Source of the DNA: the human T2T-CHM13v2.0 reference genome, Homo sapiens
Assembly (NCBI RefSeq): GCF_009914755.1
Contig: NC_060929.1
Length of the DNA stretch: 64,000 bases
Reading direction: 5' to 3' (one strand)
This document shows positions 27,399-41,199 of the stretch, one piece after another (the stretch's first letter is position 1; every line of letters starts with the position of its first letter). The notes beneath the pieces are model-generated. The model had not been told where the DNA came from. It saw nothing but the letters and a program-made list of their open reading frames with translations, and ran no database searches. Made by a program: the position numbers and the translations under genes.

Positions 27399-30300
27399 AC
27401 ACACAAGAAGACACAAGATGTTTTCACAAGCATGCTAACTACTTGGAAACAAAGTCATGTCTGCATGAAAAGTAACAAGTAAATTACAGGGTAGTTAGAG
27501 GCTGTTACAATAATCTAAGGGCACAGTGATGAAGGCCCCTAGTAGAACAGTAAAACTAGGGATGATAAAGAGGGCTTTGAGAGACACCTATGAATTAAAT
27601 TAGTTTTAGTAAATTATTGCATTTGGAATATGAGAAAGAAGTCAAAGTTGACTCATTTGCAACATGGGGTGGATGGTAATGACATTAAAACAGAAAATAC
27701 AAGAGTAAGAACAGGTTTAGGTCAGAAAAGATAACAATAACAGGTTGTTTTTTTTTTTTGCTTTGTTTTTTAATACGGGGATTTGTGGAAATTTTTAATA
27801 CAGATATTTTTGAGCAAGTTGCTAATCCTCTGTCTAAAGTGATTTAATGGCTTTCCTGATCTGTGAAAGATTGTCACATAGTTGGTTATTGAACCAGTGA
27901 ACATAAATATAATTATCCAGTTAGAGGACAAACACTCTAGTGAATATGTGGCATCTACCTCCAGGGGCCCACAGGAGAAATAAGAATAGTGAGGTGGAGA
28001 AAAGAAAAACTTGAAGGATAGAGAATTTGTGAGTCTCAGCCAAGAAAAGAATAGTTTTAAGAAAGAAGTTCTGGTAATTTCTGTCTTCTATTATGGTAAT
28101 ATCAAAGAAGATGAGAACAGAAAAAATATTGGTATTTTTTGAGCAATTAGGTCATTTGTACCCTTGAGAAGGTAAGGAAGGAGGAGAGGGGAAAGCCATA
28201 TTTTTTGCTAACAAGAAAGAATTAGGGTTAACAACAACAAAAAAAAGGAGTTAGAAGTACAGACTAAATCATCCAAGCAAGAAAGGAGAGAAATCAGATG
28301 GTCACTACAATAAGGTAACAAGAAATATACTTCTCAAGGTCGAGGAGAACCTTCTAATAAGAGATGATCAAGGATAATACAGTATCTCTTACGGCCAATC
28401 AAACCATAGATCCCTTCAACCTCTTCCACTTGCAACCCATCCAAACTCTGTCTCGTTCACTCTCCTTCACTAGGAGACACACTTCCTAGTGAAGCCATGA
28501 CAAAGTTGAACAGGTTAAGTGCATCCATCCTGACACATCTGACACAGGACATCAAGGTGGCCACAATACCTTCCAAATCTTAGGATTCACCTTCATGACA
28601 TATGGAAAGAGCTATTTCTACTAAGCTGAGAATAGCAAGTGTGGCCTGGGATGCAAGATCTCTTTGGTTTAAAAGAGAATAGAGCCTCATTTCTCACATG
28701 GGAGCTAGCTCTGTCCTAGAATGCTGTTGAAGAGAGGTGATGCTAAGTCATGTATCCAGACCATACAAGCCCAGGCTAATCACTGAGCATGTATGTATAT
28801 TGGTGCAGAAATTAGTAAACCACGCAAATATAAAGGTTCAGTTCTTTTTCATCTTTGTGTTCCTGGAACCTAACACAATTCCTACCATGGAGCTTCAGTT
28901 GTTTTTTGTTGAATTGAACTAAATTGTCTAAACCTTTATTGCATCTAAAATTACTCTATCAAACAACATATTATAGTGCCAAGAGTACAGGTCTAAGACA
29001 GAAGGTTAGGGTTTCAGCTCTACTCTGTAACTTTTTGATAAGCCTTTTTTTAATAGTCTTGTCACCTATATTCCCATTCTGCCAGCTTCACAGATTTTTA
29101 GATGGGAACACATGAAAAATGCATGTGAAAATGTTTGGTATATTTTAAAATATTATACAAATATTAAGGCACATTTTATTACTATATTTAAGGTAATCAG
29201 ATGTTGACATCAAATGTGCATATTTTTCTCTAAGTTGGCCTAGGTACAATTATTATCTTTTTCTTATTTACCGCTGTTTATCTAATCCTTATTTGAAATC
29301 TGCTAAATTATTTGCCTATTTATCATGGTGGCCCTAATTTGGAATACAGAAACTAATGGCATTGGAAAATTGCACTGAAAAGAGTCACCCATGTACTGTG
29401 ATAGATCATAAATATGGATGACTAGAAAGTAAGATGCTTCGCTTAAGATGCAAATTAGCAGAGAATGAGATGCAGTGAGTTGTGCATCAGAGATTCAAAT
29501 CCTGATGGAGAAGTCCCTGTAGGGTCACCAGACAAAAAGCAGGTTTCTTCTGCCACTCCCCAGCGAGGCTGTAGACACTATCATGGCCTGTCACACAACA
29601 CTAATTGAACAGTATACTAATAGAAAAGAAAGTATGCCAGCCACATCCCTGAGTGAAGAGCTGCAAAGTCAGTCTAAAGAGGCACACTACACAAGAAGCA
29701 CACAGGCCCAGAACCGCAACCCAGAGATCTGCAGTCAGACCAATCCCAGCAGCAGAGCAGCTGAGAAAATTAGAAAAGCAGAAAGGGAGAAATGGAGGCT
29801 TTGCGGAGAATGCAAATAGTTATAATGGGGGTGACTAGTTCTCAAGGGAAATAGTGGTGCTGTGCAATCCAACCTTTCCCCTCTGCCTTCCCATAACTTT
29901 TGCTAAGTGTATCCCCAAGTCCCCCATCCTGCCACAACCACCCCATCATCTGAGTCTTACCTCAGATGATGAGATTCCTGGTGTAATATATCAGACAACA
30001 GAGGTTTGGAATCTGTTTATTCATGCAGACATGGTAATAGTGTATGAATATGCAATTTCTAGTAGGGCCAATAGCAGAGAGAGGGTATAAATTTAAAAGT
30101 CAAAGAGAAAGAGAGAGAGATCACCATGTAAAATAAAACTCCAAAGGATCTGCTATAAAAACCCTCAATAGAGACAGAATGTAACAGAGAGCATAGTTTT
30201 GGTTTTATGTGCACTGGAATAGCTTCCTTTTCATTGCTCTGTTCCTCTGCATACCTTCTCTCCACTGCCTGTTATGAGTCTCTTCTCAGAACTAGTGTTA

Positions 30301-31219
30301 CAATCCAAACAGGCCTTGTTCTTTGAAATGCAGCAGAAAAGAAGGCCAAGAAAAAGAGGAAACATGAGAAAGTAAGAATGAGAACAGAAAGTAAGAAGGA
30401 ACGAGGGGTTATAAAAGAACCAGGGTTTTGTTGTCATGCCTCCATTTGCCTATACACTTCTCACAAATTCTGACACACATGCAGGGCCACATGATCAGGA
30501 CTGCAGTCTTGGGGATGCCAGGCAAAGTAACAAGCATCTCTCAAGTCTGTCTTAGCTGACCCTTTTTCTAGCATCCTCATCTGTCAAGCCAAACTGCAAA
30601 TTTCACAAAAGCAGGTCACATCACAAGCTTTCTGATACTTCCTGCTTCTGGTGACAAGTTGAAATCCCCAATGAAACTGCCTGTCTCTAGAACACAGGAA
30701 CCTGGAATTTTAAAAAAGCAAAAATGGAAGATAAACAAGAACTTTCAGAACTTCCACTCACTCAGTGAATCATATTTTACAAACATTTTAAATATCTTTT
30801 TAATAAAGGGGAAATTAGATTCAAAAATATGGGATTTACCCAAATCATGTTTAACACAAATAGACTTGAAGTACTTTAAGTCCAACGGCCAATTCTCATT
30901 TCTCTTAAATGCATGAATGGATATGTCAAATGATACATATCCACTAAGAGATCTTCATTAGGCCTCAACTATAATAAGCCTCAATAAGTCAAAATCTTAC
31001 CGTCAGGAATACCATCTATAATAGCTACAATCTGGTGTAGGGGAGAGTCTACATCAAATTAAGATGCCTAGAGTAACATCCTATGAAAAAAAACTCAGAG
31101 TCCATAATCAGCATGGGAAACAAATTCCAGATCCTGACAAAATAACCTGGGTGTGATCTCCACGTGAGGAGCTATCAACAACAGCTACATAGCACTTGTC
31201 AAAGGGGGACAAGTGGTAA

Positions 31220-31430
31220 TAATAGTAGCCAACATTTATTGAGCTCTTACTATGTGTCAGGCATTAAGAATTATCTCATGTAATCCTTATCATAAGATCA
31301 TGAGATAAGTATTATAATTACCAAATTGAGTTCAGGCCTTAATTTGCTGAAGGCCATACAGTGAATAACTGGTGAGATCAGGCAGGTTTCAAATCCATAT
31401 ACTTGTTGCCAGAGCCTCTACTAACCCATT
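31220..31430 (-). mobile_element. MIR SINE
   Basis: aatagtagccaacatttattgagctcttactatgtgtcaggca...ctgaaggccatacag. Confidence 0.7.
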
Positions 31431-31639
31431 TGCTAGACAACCACAGGTGGCTGCTCCTCCGACCTCACCACTCATGGGTCAATCTTTCCATGTCCCTCAA
31501 TCATCTACTCTTCTGCACGGGCCTCTCCTCTCTAGCGTGTGGCTTTCCTTCTTTAAGACTATCTTTGTCTCCATTTATTTCTCTTTCTTTTTCAACATTT
31601 CTCTTCTCTCACTCTCTCACTCTCCCTCACTCCCCATTT

Positions 31640-31986
31640 CTTTTTTCTTTCTTTTCTTTTCTTCTTCTTTTTTTTTTTTTTTTTTTTTTGGATTAGGTCA
31701 TACTCTGTTGTCCAGGCTGAAGTGCAGTGGCATGATTATGGCTCACTGCAGCCTCAATCTCCCAGGCTCAAGTGATCCTCCTGCCTCAGCCTCCTGAGCA
31801 GCTGGGACTACAGGCACACTCCACTGTGTCTGGCTAATTTTGGAGGTTTTTCGTTTTTTGTTTTTTGTGGAGACAGAGTTTCACCATGTTACCCAGGCTG
31901 GTCTCAAACTCCTGAGCTGAAGCAGTCCACCTGCATTAGCCTCCCAAAGTGCTGGGATTACAGGCATGAGCCACTGTGCCTAGTTC
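31640..31986 (-). mobile_element. AluJ SINE
   Basis: Reverse Alu with J-type ggctcactgcagcctcaa..caggctcaagtgatcctcc and a long T-rich tail. Confidence 0.92.
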
Positions 31987-32246
31987 CTTACTCCCTTTTT
32001 CTAAATCAAACTAAATATGCAGTTGAAGTAAGTTCTTAAAATGGTGACTCCATTTTATATCCCTTGTTCTTAATTTAAAATGGATATGGGAGAAGGAGGT
32101 ACCTTTTTATACATCTATGTTTCTTCTCCCACAAAAGAAAATGTCAAAACAAAGTTGCTGTTTACTTCTGTGTGGCCCTTCACTGATCTGTTTCTTAAGT
32201 CAAGACTTACTGGTAAGGCAAACGGTTTCATACTACCCACAATTGG

Positions 32247-32452
32247 TGTTAGGGACTGAATTGTGCCCTGCAAAAATTCATATGTTGAAACCCTAACCTC
32301 CCATTAGATTATACTGGAGATAGGTCCTTTAAGGAGGTTATTAAGGTTAAATGAGGTCATAAAGGTAGAGCCCTGATCTGATAAAACTTGTATAATTGTA
32401 AGAAAGAAACACCAGATCTCTCTCTCTCTTTCTCTTTCTCTCTCTCTCATTC

Positions 32453-32485
<33 letters not shown>

Positions 32486-32657
32486 GTCTGTCATATGAAG
32501 AGATAGAGAAAGCAGCCGTCTGGAAGCCAGATAGAGAGCCCTCACCAGGAACCAAATCAGCTGACACCTTGCCTCCAGAACTGTGAGAAATAAATGTCCG
32601 TTGTTTAAGCCACTGAGTCTATGGTATTTGTCTTGGCAGCATGAGCTGACTAATACA
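32247..32657 (+). mobile_element. MLT1A-like solo LTR with internal (CT)n microsatellite
   Basis: TGTTAGGGACTGAATTGTG...aataaatg...GACTAATACA termini. (CT)n at ~32417-32487. Confidence 0.85.
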
Positions 32658-33163
32658 ATTGTTTTTAAAATATAGTCCTTCTTTATGAAAAAAGTTCACA
32701 TTTTAAAACATTAGTTGTGTGATTTCAAGTTGAGCATTCACATCATTACTGAGCATGTTTGAACTTACTGAGCCTGGACAAAGAAGAAGCATAGTCCTAA
32801 GATACTTATACTTAAAACTGATCCATTATTTAAATCATTTGTCCAAGAGTTACCTGGCCATTTAAGATAGAAAGCCATTTTTCTGAAAAACTGAGATTTT
32901 GACAGAGGTTACCTGGATCCTTCCCACAAGAAACAAGAAGAAAAAAGACAGAATTCACTTGATTTATTTACATGTAAGTTTGGAATGCAGTGACTTTTTT
33001 CCTGAGTTATTTTATTCACTATCCAGTAGATGACCCTGCTACCAATTCCATCCACATCTGATAAAAGAAAAATAAATCACTTGCCCAGCTATTGGATCCA
33101 GAAACTAAGAAGAACCTAACATAAGAAAAATACTCTTTTTCAAAGTTTCTTTATTTTTCCAAG

Positions 33164-33292
33164 CTAAGAGTAGTGTGAATAATACTGCTGTGCAGCCACT
33201 CATTGGAGCTGTTGAAACATCAAATGACTTTAGAAAAATGACAGTGGTTCTAATTATTTCTCCACTGGGAATCTTTGGCTTCATTAAAAAAG
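33164..33292 (+). other. Candidate 129-bp plus-strand exon (coding or lncRNA unknown)
   Basis: tttctttatttttccaAG|CTAAGAG...TTAAAAAAG|GTaaat, open phase-1 frame. No homology recognised. Confidence 0.22.
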
Positions 33293-34063
33293 GTAAATGG
33301 GTGGTTTGTTGGGCAAATGGCAAAATAAAACAAAAACGATACAGAGAATACCTCCAACCAGCACCTCCTTCTAGGTTCATGAAAGTTCAACACAATGTTG
33401 TGTGGTGACCTGTCGGATCACCTTTGAGAGGTGGAGAGTCACTGTGAACTCCAGCCTTCTCTGCCCATGAGATAAGCAGAGGAACTTGAGAAGAGGAAGC
33501 CTTGTATCTGAGCCTGACTCAGACATGCTTTTTCTGATTCAGCCATAACCTTTGCTTGGAAAACTGTACGTCATGGCCTTGGCGGGTCCCCAAGCTTCCT
33601 CCTTTGCAGTCTGCTATTTTTCCTCTAGCCTACCCAAAATAGCTGGGCAGAGATTTAGTACAGTTGGGATGCCAGTGTTTATAGGCCCAAGTGTTTCTGA
33701 GTTTCTTTCTGTGGGCAAGCACAGGTTTCTGCAGACCGGCAAGAATAAAAGGAAAGGTGGTTCTGGCCTTTTGGTTTTGCTTCCTAGAAAAGTTATAGAT
33801 CCACTTTTCCTTCTCCAAAGAACCCCAGCATTAGAAAACCCTTACCATGTTTAACCTCCCCCTGTATCTTTTTTCATGTTCTGAAGAATTCTTTATCCCA
33901 TTCTGAACCCAAGGGCTTAGAATTACAGTGTATCTTTACTAATGTAGTTAAATATATTTGTTTTCTAGGAACCTGCAAAGACAAAGAGGTTTAGAAGCTT
34001 CCTTCTGGAAATATTTCCGGTGTATTATTTCTAGTATTCTATTTTTAAATGCAAAGTCCAATA

Positions 34064-34436
34064 CAGTCATGCATTGCTTAACAACCTGATACATTCTGAG
34101 AAATGTATCATTAGGCTATTTTATTGTGTAAACATCATACACGAATCTAGATGGCATAGCCTACTACACACCTAGGTGATATGGTATAGCCTATTGCTCC
34201 TAGGCTACAAACCATGTTACTACACTTAATGCTGTAGCCAATTGTAACACAATAGTAAATATTTGTGTATCTAAACATATCTAAGCACAGAAAAGATCAA
34301 GTGTTGCACTACAACATTACCACGGCTTCAGTGTTACTAGGTGATGGGAATTTTTCATCTCCATTGTAATCTTATGGGACACTGTTGTATTTGCAGTCCA
34401 TCATTGACCAAAATGTCATTAAGCAGTTCATGACTG
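34064..34436 (+). mobile_element. Tigger3-like (TcMar) non-autonomous DNA transposon
   Basis: TIRs CAGTCATGCATTGCTTAAC...GTCATTAAGCAGTTCATGACTG. TA on the left; the right TA is displaced to 35985-35986 by the MER52 insertion. Confidence 0.85.
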
Positions 34437-35980
34437 TGTCACAGGATCCTTGTGGTGTTGCTTCGCCAGCCGGCAGCACCTTCTGCTGAGAGTTGCTTGT
34501 GTCTGCTGGGCTTGTTATGCCCACTCAGCCCAGCAGGCTGCGCTCAGCTTGCACTACTGGCCAAGATCCCACACCTGCGAAGGGTAAACCAGGCACAGAG
34601 TGGAGAGGGGTGTGTGGACGAGTGAGCACAGGGTCAGCCACTGCACACAGCCAGACATGCCAACTGCTGTGGCGGGGCAGGCAGCTTCAGACACTGGCAC
34701 AGGTGCCAGCTCCATGCAAGGCTGCAGCTGCTGGAAGCTTGGAGATGCCAGGAACCACAGAGCCCCAAAGAGGGTGTCACAGCCCTGGCTCTGGTGAGCC
34801 CCTAGGTCTAGGCTCCCCAAAGGGCCACAGCTATTTTCTCCTTTTGGTCACCCACAATGTGGTGAGCACGGGGCAGAGGGGGGTGTTTCAGATCTGTTGG
34901 TGTTACAGCTCTTTCAATCCCGCTATTTGGCAGATCCTGAGTTCTCATCCTCATCCTGCATCCAGGAAGAATGAGGTACATGGACAACTGGAGGGTAAGC
35001 AAGGTGAAGAGGACCTTCACTGAGCAACAGAACAGCTCTCAGAAGACCCACAAAGAAGCTCCTTTGTGCAAACAGGTTGTCCAGATGAGTGTCCTGCTCC
35101 CAGCAGACAGGAGACATGCAGTGGTCATCCGGACCAATGTCCAGCTCTCAGTGGAGAGGAGACCTACAGTGGGTAGCTCCTTTCTGCAGCTGGTAGTCCC
35201 AACTTCTGTGTGAGTCTATCTGGGACCAGGATTTTTATGGGCTCAGAAGGGAGGCAGTGTGTACTAATTGGTCTATGGGCAGCCATGGGCTGGCCTGGAG
35301 AAAGCACCATAAGTTCTCATTCCAGGCTGTGGACTCCACCTGGAACTGACAGCCTGGACTCCAGGCCTCAGGCCCTCCTTGGCTTGAAGTTGGGGTTTCA
35401 CTGGGGACCTGCCCCTTTCCACCCAGGAGCCCATCTGCCTCCTGCCACCACCAACATGTCCAAGGTGCCAGGCTGTTCATGCCGAGGGGCACTTGCAAGT
35501 CTGTGCCGACCTGCCCTCAGCCCCCACTCAGCCTCCCTCCTGTGCTCGTCAACTCCCAAAGTCTGGAGGGGGCCAAGGCAGCAGGGGGCTGGCATGTTAG
35601 CCCCACCCCGAGCACGTGCACACCTAGTCAGGTCAAGACAGCTCCCAGGCTCAGCCACAACTTTGCAACACCCCAGAGCGGGTGCTGGGAGTGGGGAGAG
35701 GCCAGGCAGTGGGAGCAGGCACTTTCAAGCCTGCAGCAGGGGCAAGGGGCTTCCTGGGCCCCCAAGAGCACAGAGATGCCCAGCTCTGGAGTCACAGCTA
35801 GGTGGTTGCAGTTGCACCCCGGTCCTCGGGGCTCCCACCCTGCCAACTAGGTAGGGGGCGGGGCTCCCACCTGTTCCCAGCCCCCACTGGCTCCATGGAG
35901 TGCACAGACCTAGCCACGCCTCCCCTGCTGTAACTGGCATCTTTGCAGTGGCCATTCCAGATGGGCTGCCACCACCATCA
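34437..35980 (-). mobile_element. MER52-family (ERV1) solo LTR
   Basis: GC-rich 1.54-kb block with minus-strand termini TGATGGTGGTGGCAGCCC...GGATCCTGTGACA. 4-bp TSD actg at 34433-34436 and 35981-35984. Confidence 0.85.
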
Positions 35981-36157
35981 ACTGTATTTGGGAGGAGAAA
36001 TACAAGGGGTAGAGAAAACAGGTCACACCTTGAGGACAGAAGAAGAAATAGATTTGCTTTTAACTATTTTGTCTAGAAGTCCTGCTTCTTTCCTCTTACG
36101 ATATTTCACTACTTTTTCCCAGCTTTGTAGAAATGATGATCCCCTTCCCCATTCTTT

Positions 36158-36505
36158 GTTTTTTTTTTTTTTAATACTTTAAGTTCTGGGATACATGTGC
36201 AAACATGCAGTTTTGTTACATAGGTATACGCATGCCATGGCGGTTTGCTGCTCCCATCAAACCATCATCCACATTAGCTATTTCTCCTAATGCTATCCCT
36301 CCCCTAGCCCCCCACCCCCTGACAGACCCCGATGTGTGATGTTCCCCTCCCTGTGTCCATGTGTTCTTATTGTTCAGCTCCCACTTATGATTGAGAACAT
36401 GCGGTGTTTGGTTTTCTGTTCTTGTGCTAGTTTGCTGAGAATGATGGTTTCCAGCTTCATCCATGTCCCTGCGAAAGACATGAACTCATCCTTTTTTATG
36501 GTTGT
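36158..36505 (-). mobile_element. 5'-truncated L1PA7-like 3' end
   Basis: Poly(T) plus atactttaagttctgggatacatgtgc...gacatgaactcatccttttttatgg. Approximate TSD attcttt. Confidence 0.9.
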
Positions 36506-37817
36506 ATTCTTTTTTCACTCCCCTCGTCTCTGCTTAATATAGCCCAGTGAAATAAGAAGATGGTCTAGGTCTTTCCCATCTGTTATAGTCTCCCTAGAAA
36601 GTTGCTGATCCTCTTGCAATCCCCCAGTGACACCATTGCTGTCCCATCAGGTCCTGTTGCAGAATAAAATGAAAGTTGGCGATTCAGTTCTGGATTTGCT
36701 TTTTGGGCACCCAATTACAGATCAAGCATAGAACTCTGACATGGAGGAAGGCAAGAAAAAATTACAGATTACACTCAGGAAATCGTCCCGACTTACGTTA
36801 CTGACTTCCTCCTCCTACAGCTACAAGAAGAGCCACTCAGTGGCTCTCAGCTACTATTTCTCCTGGCCAGCGAAGAGTTATGACCCTCAGAGGCCCTCAG
36901 AGCTCTATAGGCCCCTCACTCCCAGCCCCAACACATCATTCAAAAGAAGACCAGCACACCATGAGTGATTGTTTATATTCTTGAAAATTACCCCAGATTC
37001 ACATTTGTGAAAATTAAATTAGGTTCTTTCTAAATCTACAAATATTCGTGCTGAAGTGTCTATGTTTGCTTTGCTGGGATCCTAAGGGTTGGGGTCTTGA
37101 GCATCAGTGTGTCACCTAGCCTTGCCTGTGGCTCCTGGATTGGACACTTGTTCTCTGACGTGACTTCTATGTAAAATGACAGACCCAAAATTACATGGCT
37201 CATCCTTGTGGAGAATGTCCCAGGGAAACAGTAAAAACAAACATCAAAGAGGATCAAATACCAGTGCTTTGTCCAATTGCCAATGTGGTAGCTCCCTGAT
37301 AATAGGATAAAGGCACCAAGAACACTAGGTGTTTACATTTATTTTTAAAACACCAGCTGAAAAGAGAACTCTTCTTGGCAGAGTGCACAAACATTTATAT
37401 TGAACCTTTCATCCCCAGCACTTTTAAGCATTACCTCATTAATCTTCAAAGCAGCTACATAAGGCAGGTAGAACTATTTTCTTTGCAATTTTAAATGTCC
37501 CACTTAATAAGAGTGAGAGAGCACACAGTGACAGCACTACCAGATCCCTGGACCAAGGCCTGGCTCCCTACAGACAGATTACTATCCAGAGTGGAGAAGC
37601 CACTCATGGAGCTCCATCTGGCCAAGTCTTCCTGAACAGTCCCATATCCTCAATGCCCTCATTTGTCTCTTCTAGGGCTGCATCCATTATCCACTGCCCC
37701 ATCAGCTCACATTCAAACTTGCTCATCTTTCCAAAATCCCATGTCTTAGTCTATATGCTGAGCTACAGAATTAATAAAAGACTTTCTGTTACACGTTTAG
37801 TATGCTCTGCATGTCAC

Positions 37818-37900
37818 TTTTATATTTATTTTTATATTTATATTTATATACTTTTTATATTTATATTTATATTTATATTTTGAAATATAAAAAATATATT
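37818..37900. repeat. (TTTATA)n AT-rich simple repeat
   Basis: Seen directly in the sequence. Confidence 0.8.
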
Positions 37901-38154
37901 TTGATGGAGATGATGAAACAGATGATATATTTCATATATCATATAATATGCAGATATATTTGATATATTAACTAATAATACATGACATATGAAGATGATG
38001 TCTTAGTACAAAAATAATGGCTGGAAAAATACAATAAGCAGGAGGATCTTGTGGATGTCCTTTAAATGACATTAGACAACTGTAGGCTTTACCTAATCGC
38101 TGGGTCTGTCCAGTGAAGAAGGTAAACTGGGTAGATTGGAATGAAACTTTACCA

Positions 38155-38649
38155 ATGAAAGAACTCCATCCTTAATATTCTGTTCCTCTAGAACCACTCC
38201 TGGTACCAAAATCTGTATTAGTCAGGGTTCTCTAGAGGGACAGAACTAATAGGATAGATTTATATATAAAGGGGAGTTTATTAGGGAGTATTAACTCACA
38301 TGTTCACAAACTGAGGTCCCACAGTAGGCTGTCTGCAAGCTGAGGAGCAAGGAAGCCAGTCCAAATCCCAAGAGTCCAATGTTTGAGGGCAGGAAGCATC
38401 CAGCATGAGAGAAAGACGTAGGCTGGGAGGCTAAGCCAGTCTAGTGTTTTCACATTCTTCTGGCTGCTTTTATTCTGGCCACACTGGTAGCTGATTAGAT
38501 GGTGCCCACTCAGATTGAGGGTGGGTCTGCCTTTCCCAGTCACTGACTCAAATGTTAATCTCCTTTGACAACACCCTCACAGAAACACCAGAAGCAATAG
38601 TTTGCATCCTTTAATCCAATCAAGTTGACACTCAATGTTAACCATCACA
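38155..38649 (-). mobile_element. MLT2A LTR (38214-38649) plus ~60 bp of ERV-L leader/PBS region (38155-38213)
   Basis: Minus strand reads TGTGATGGTTAACATTGAGTGTCAACTTGATTGG...CTAATACA, then gattttggtaccaggagtggttctagaggaacag. Flanked by a 20-bp direct repeat. Confidence 0.88.
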
Positions 38650-40829
38650 ATTGGAATGAAGCTTTACCACCTCTCACTCTTCTTTATCATCTAAAAAGTG
38701 TGTGTGTTTGTTGTGTATGCATGTGTATCCCTTTAAGAAAAATGCTTTCTAGGTTTCTACTTATGTGTTCTAACTTTAATTAATATATAGGTCTTTTACA
38801 TTTTCCTTTACTTTTAGATTTTAGATAATACTTTTGCATTTTAGTTATTTTATTTAGTCTTTGAATATTTGATCCTCTGTGCTTCATCTTCAAGAAAACT
38901 GACTAATTGTCATCAGTTCTGGAATGATTAAAAGCGTAAGACATATGATATTCTTACTGTAACCATTTAGAAATATCAGCTTTGAGAGGCAAAAGAAAGT
39001 TACCTAATACCATTTATTGGTTTGTGTGTGACTGCATTCTTAGTCTAAGAGTGCACTAACTAATGCAGCATCATTAAATCTTTTTCACACTTCCCCATAA
39101 TGGTACAGTTCAATTTTAATCACCTGACCAGACAATATGGTTTGTCAAAAGCAGAATTTTCTACCTAATATATTCAGAACACTTGTATCTAAATATTTGC
39201 TTGGGTTCTATCTCAGAAATAACATCAACAACTAGCATTTAATCTATTTAATACTTAATGACAGCCCCAATGACATCTCAAGTCCCTCTATGCAACTTGC
39301 ATAAAAAGGACAACAGCTAATCAAGAAGGATTCTTCCAGGAACAATTTGAAAGAAAATAAATCTTATCTTAACCTAAAAAAAAAAAAAATCCAGTCCTCA
39401 GCAAGAGTAAACTTCTGTGTAGAGTAAAATATAGAATGACAAAACTCAATAGCTTCTCTACTCCAAATTATACCCCTAATATTTTGTTTAAGATGACATT
39501 TTATATCAGCTTCCATATTTATATTCAGATAAATACAAATGTCTCCAGTGCCTAGCACAGTGTTTGACACATAACAGATGCTTAGCAAAGTTTTGCTGGA
39601 AAAAAAAATGAGCAAAAACCACTCAAATATCAAATATTAATAATTTTTGGACTATCCTCCATTTTACATTACCCAAACCTCGGCTCTCTTCCATTAGAGA
39701 AAATCATCAGCAGTTGGCAATAGTTTAATTATATTTTAGGGGATATACAAAAACATAAAATCTATGCTCATAAAACACAAGCCAAAAAACATCTAACTGC
39801 CTAAGTATGGCCATTCTCAACTACCCTCCATTTCCTTCTTAAGCGCCACTTAAATGTTCCCTTATTGCCAATTCCAGATATGTGTCTTAAATAAGTAATA
39901 AGATAATTAGCCATGAAGTATACACACTCAACAGGCCAACTATTAAAATAAGACAAGACCTTGAGGAAAAAATAATGCATTATAAAAAGAAATCATGACG
40001 ATCCAGTGGAGGGTGAAATAATACGGCTGCGGTACAGGACTGAGTCAGATAGGTATGGACTGTGGTCTCCATGATTCCACTGAAGCGTGGAAATTTCCAG
40101 ACAGAGCCGGATTCTCATGGAGATCATGAGATCTGGGATGCAGCTGAAACATAAAACTAAGCAGCTATGAGAGCCTAAGTGTGTGACAGTCTCCAGTCTT
40201 GGAGTGATTTTTGGTTTTGTTTTATTTTGTTTTCTCGCACACTAAAGACACTGAATAAATATCTGATGCAACTTTACTCATCTATAAAATGATAATCTCA
40301 AAAGTCCATTCCAGGATTAGTATGCAATGATTCTACAATTTAAGGTTTTCAGGGACATGGAATCAGAGTCATACTACAATTAGAAGAGCTCTTTATAAAT
40401 GAGGAAACTGCTGCTTTCTGAAGTTTATCAGCAATCATCTCAAAACACTGAGTCCACCTCAGAATCAAAATGAGGGCTTCTCATTTTCTCAAATGTGAAA
40501 TGCCTTATGTCCAGAATGTATTATCTCACATTGACAATTAGAATATTCTGAATTGTAAGAAATCACATGGGCTGGGTTTCTTATTGTTACATGAGGCAGA
40601 TCCTTACTTGAGAACCCGTGCGGGAAGTCCTGTCATAGTCCAGCAATCAACAGACAGGTTGGGCTGGACTGTGTCCTTAACTAACTCAGCATTTTCACAT
40701 CCCAGACACTTGTCTAGACCAGCATCCTTAAAGCAGTCTAAACTGGGACTCTGAAGTAGTCCAGTGAACTCAGTCGAACAAGGTTGACTGGGACCCAGCC
40801 ACTACCTGAAACCATTTAGACCTTGCTAT

Positions 40830-41110
40830 TTGATAAATACTTATTGACCTCCTCCTCTGTGCCTGGTACTATGCTGCAGTGAGAATTCAGAGGTGAACAA
40901 TATGTAACCCTCCCCTTAGAGGTCATAGCCTGGTAGGTATATTAAAAAGTGAATAGAGAAATACAGTGAAATATGTGCTAGGCAGAGATGAGGACAGGAA
41001 GCTACATTCACACACAGAGGAGGCATCTAACCATCCTGGAAGGCCACAGAAGGCATTCTGAAGGGGAAGACATATAAAATGAGACCTGGGAGACAACTAG
41101 AGTACTACAA
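40830..41110 (-). mobile_element. L2 fragment
   Basis: aaatacttattgacctcctcctctgtgcctggtactatgct, reverse L2 3' end. Confidence 0.55.
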
Positions 41111-41199
41111 AGCGATTAGACCTTGAAGAAGAGTGACCCATCTGCTAGAACAGGAAGTTTGATATTAGCAGAGTCTTCCCATGGCAACAGCCAGTGGAG

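Noticed and set aside
34493-35955. Many overlapping ORFs up to 214 aa
   Set aside because: They lie in a GC-rich MER52 LTR where stop codons are rare by composition.
37524-37560. CACAGTG as a V(D)J recombination signal
   Set aside because: No nonamer at 12- or 23-bp spacing and no V/J segment nearby.
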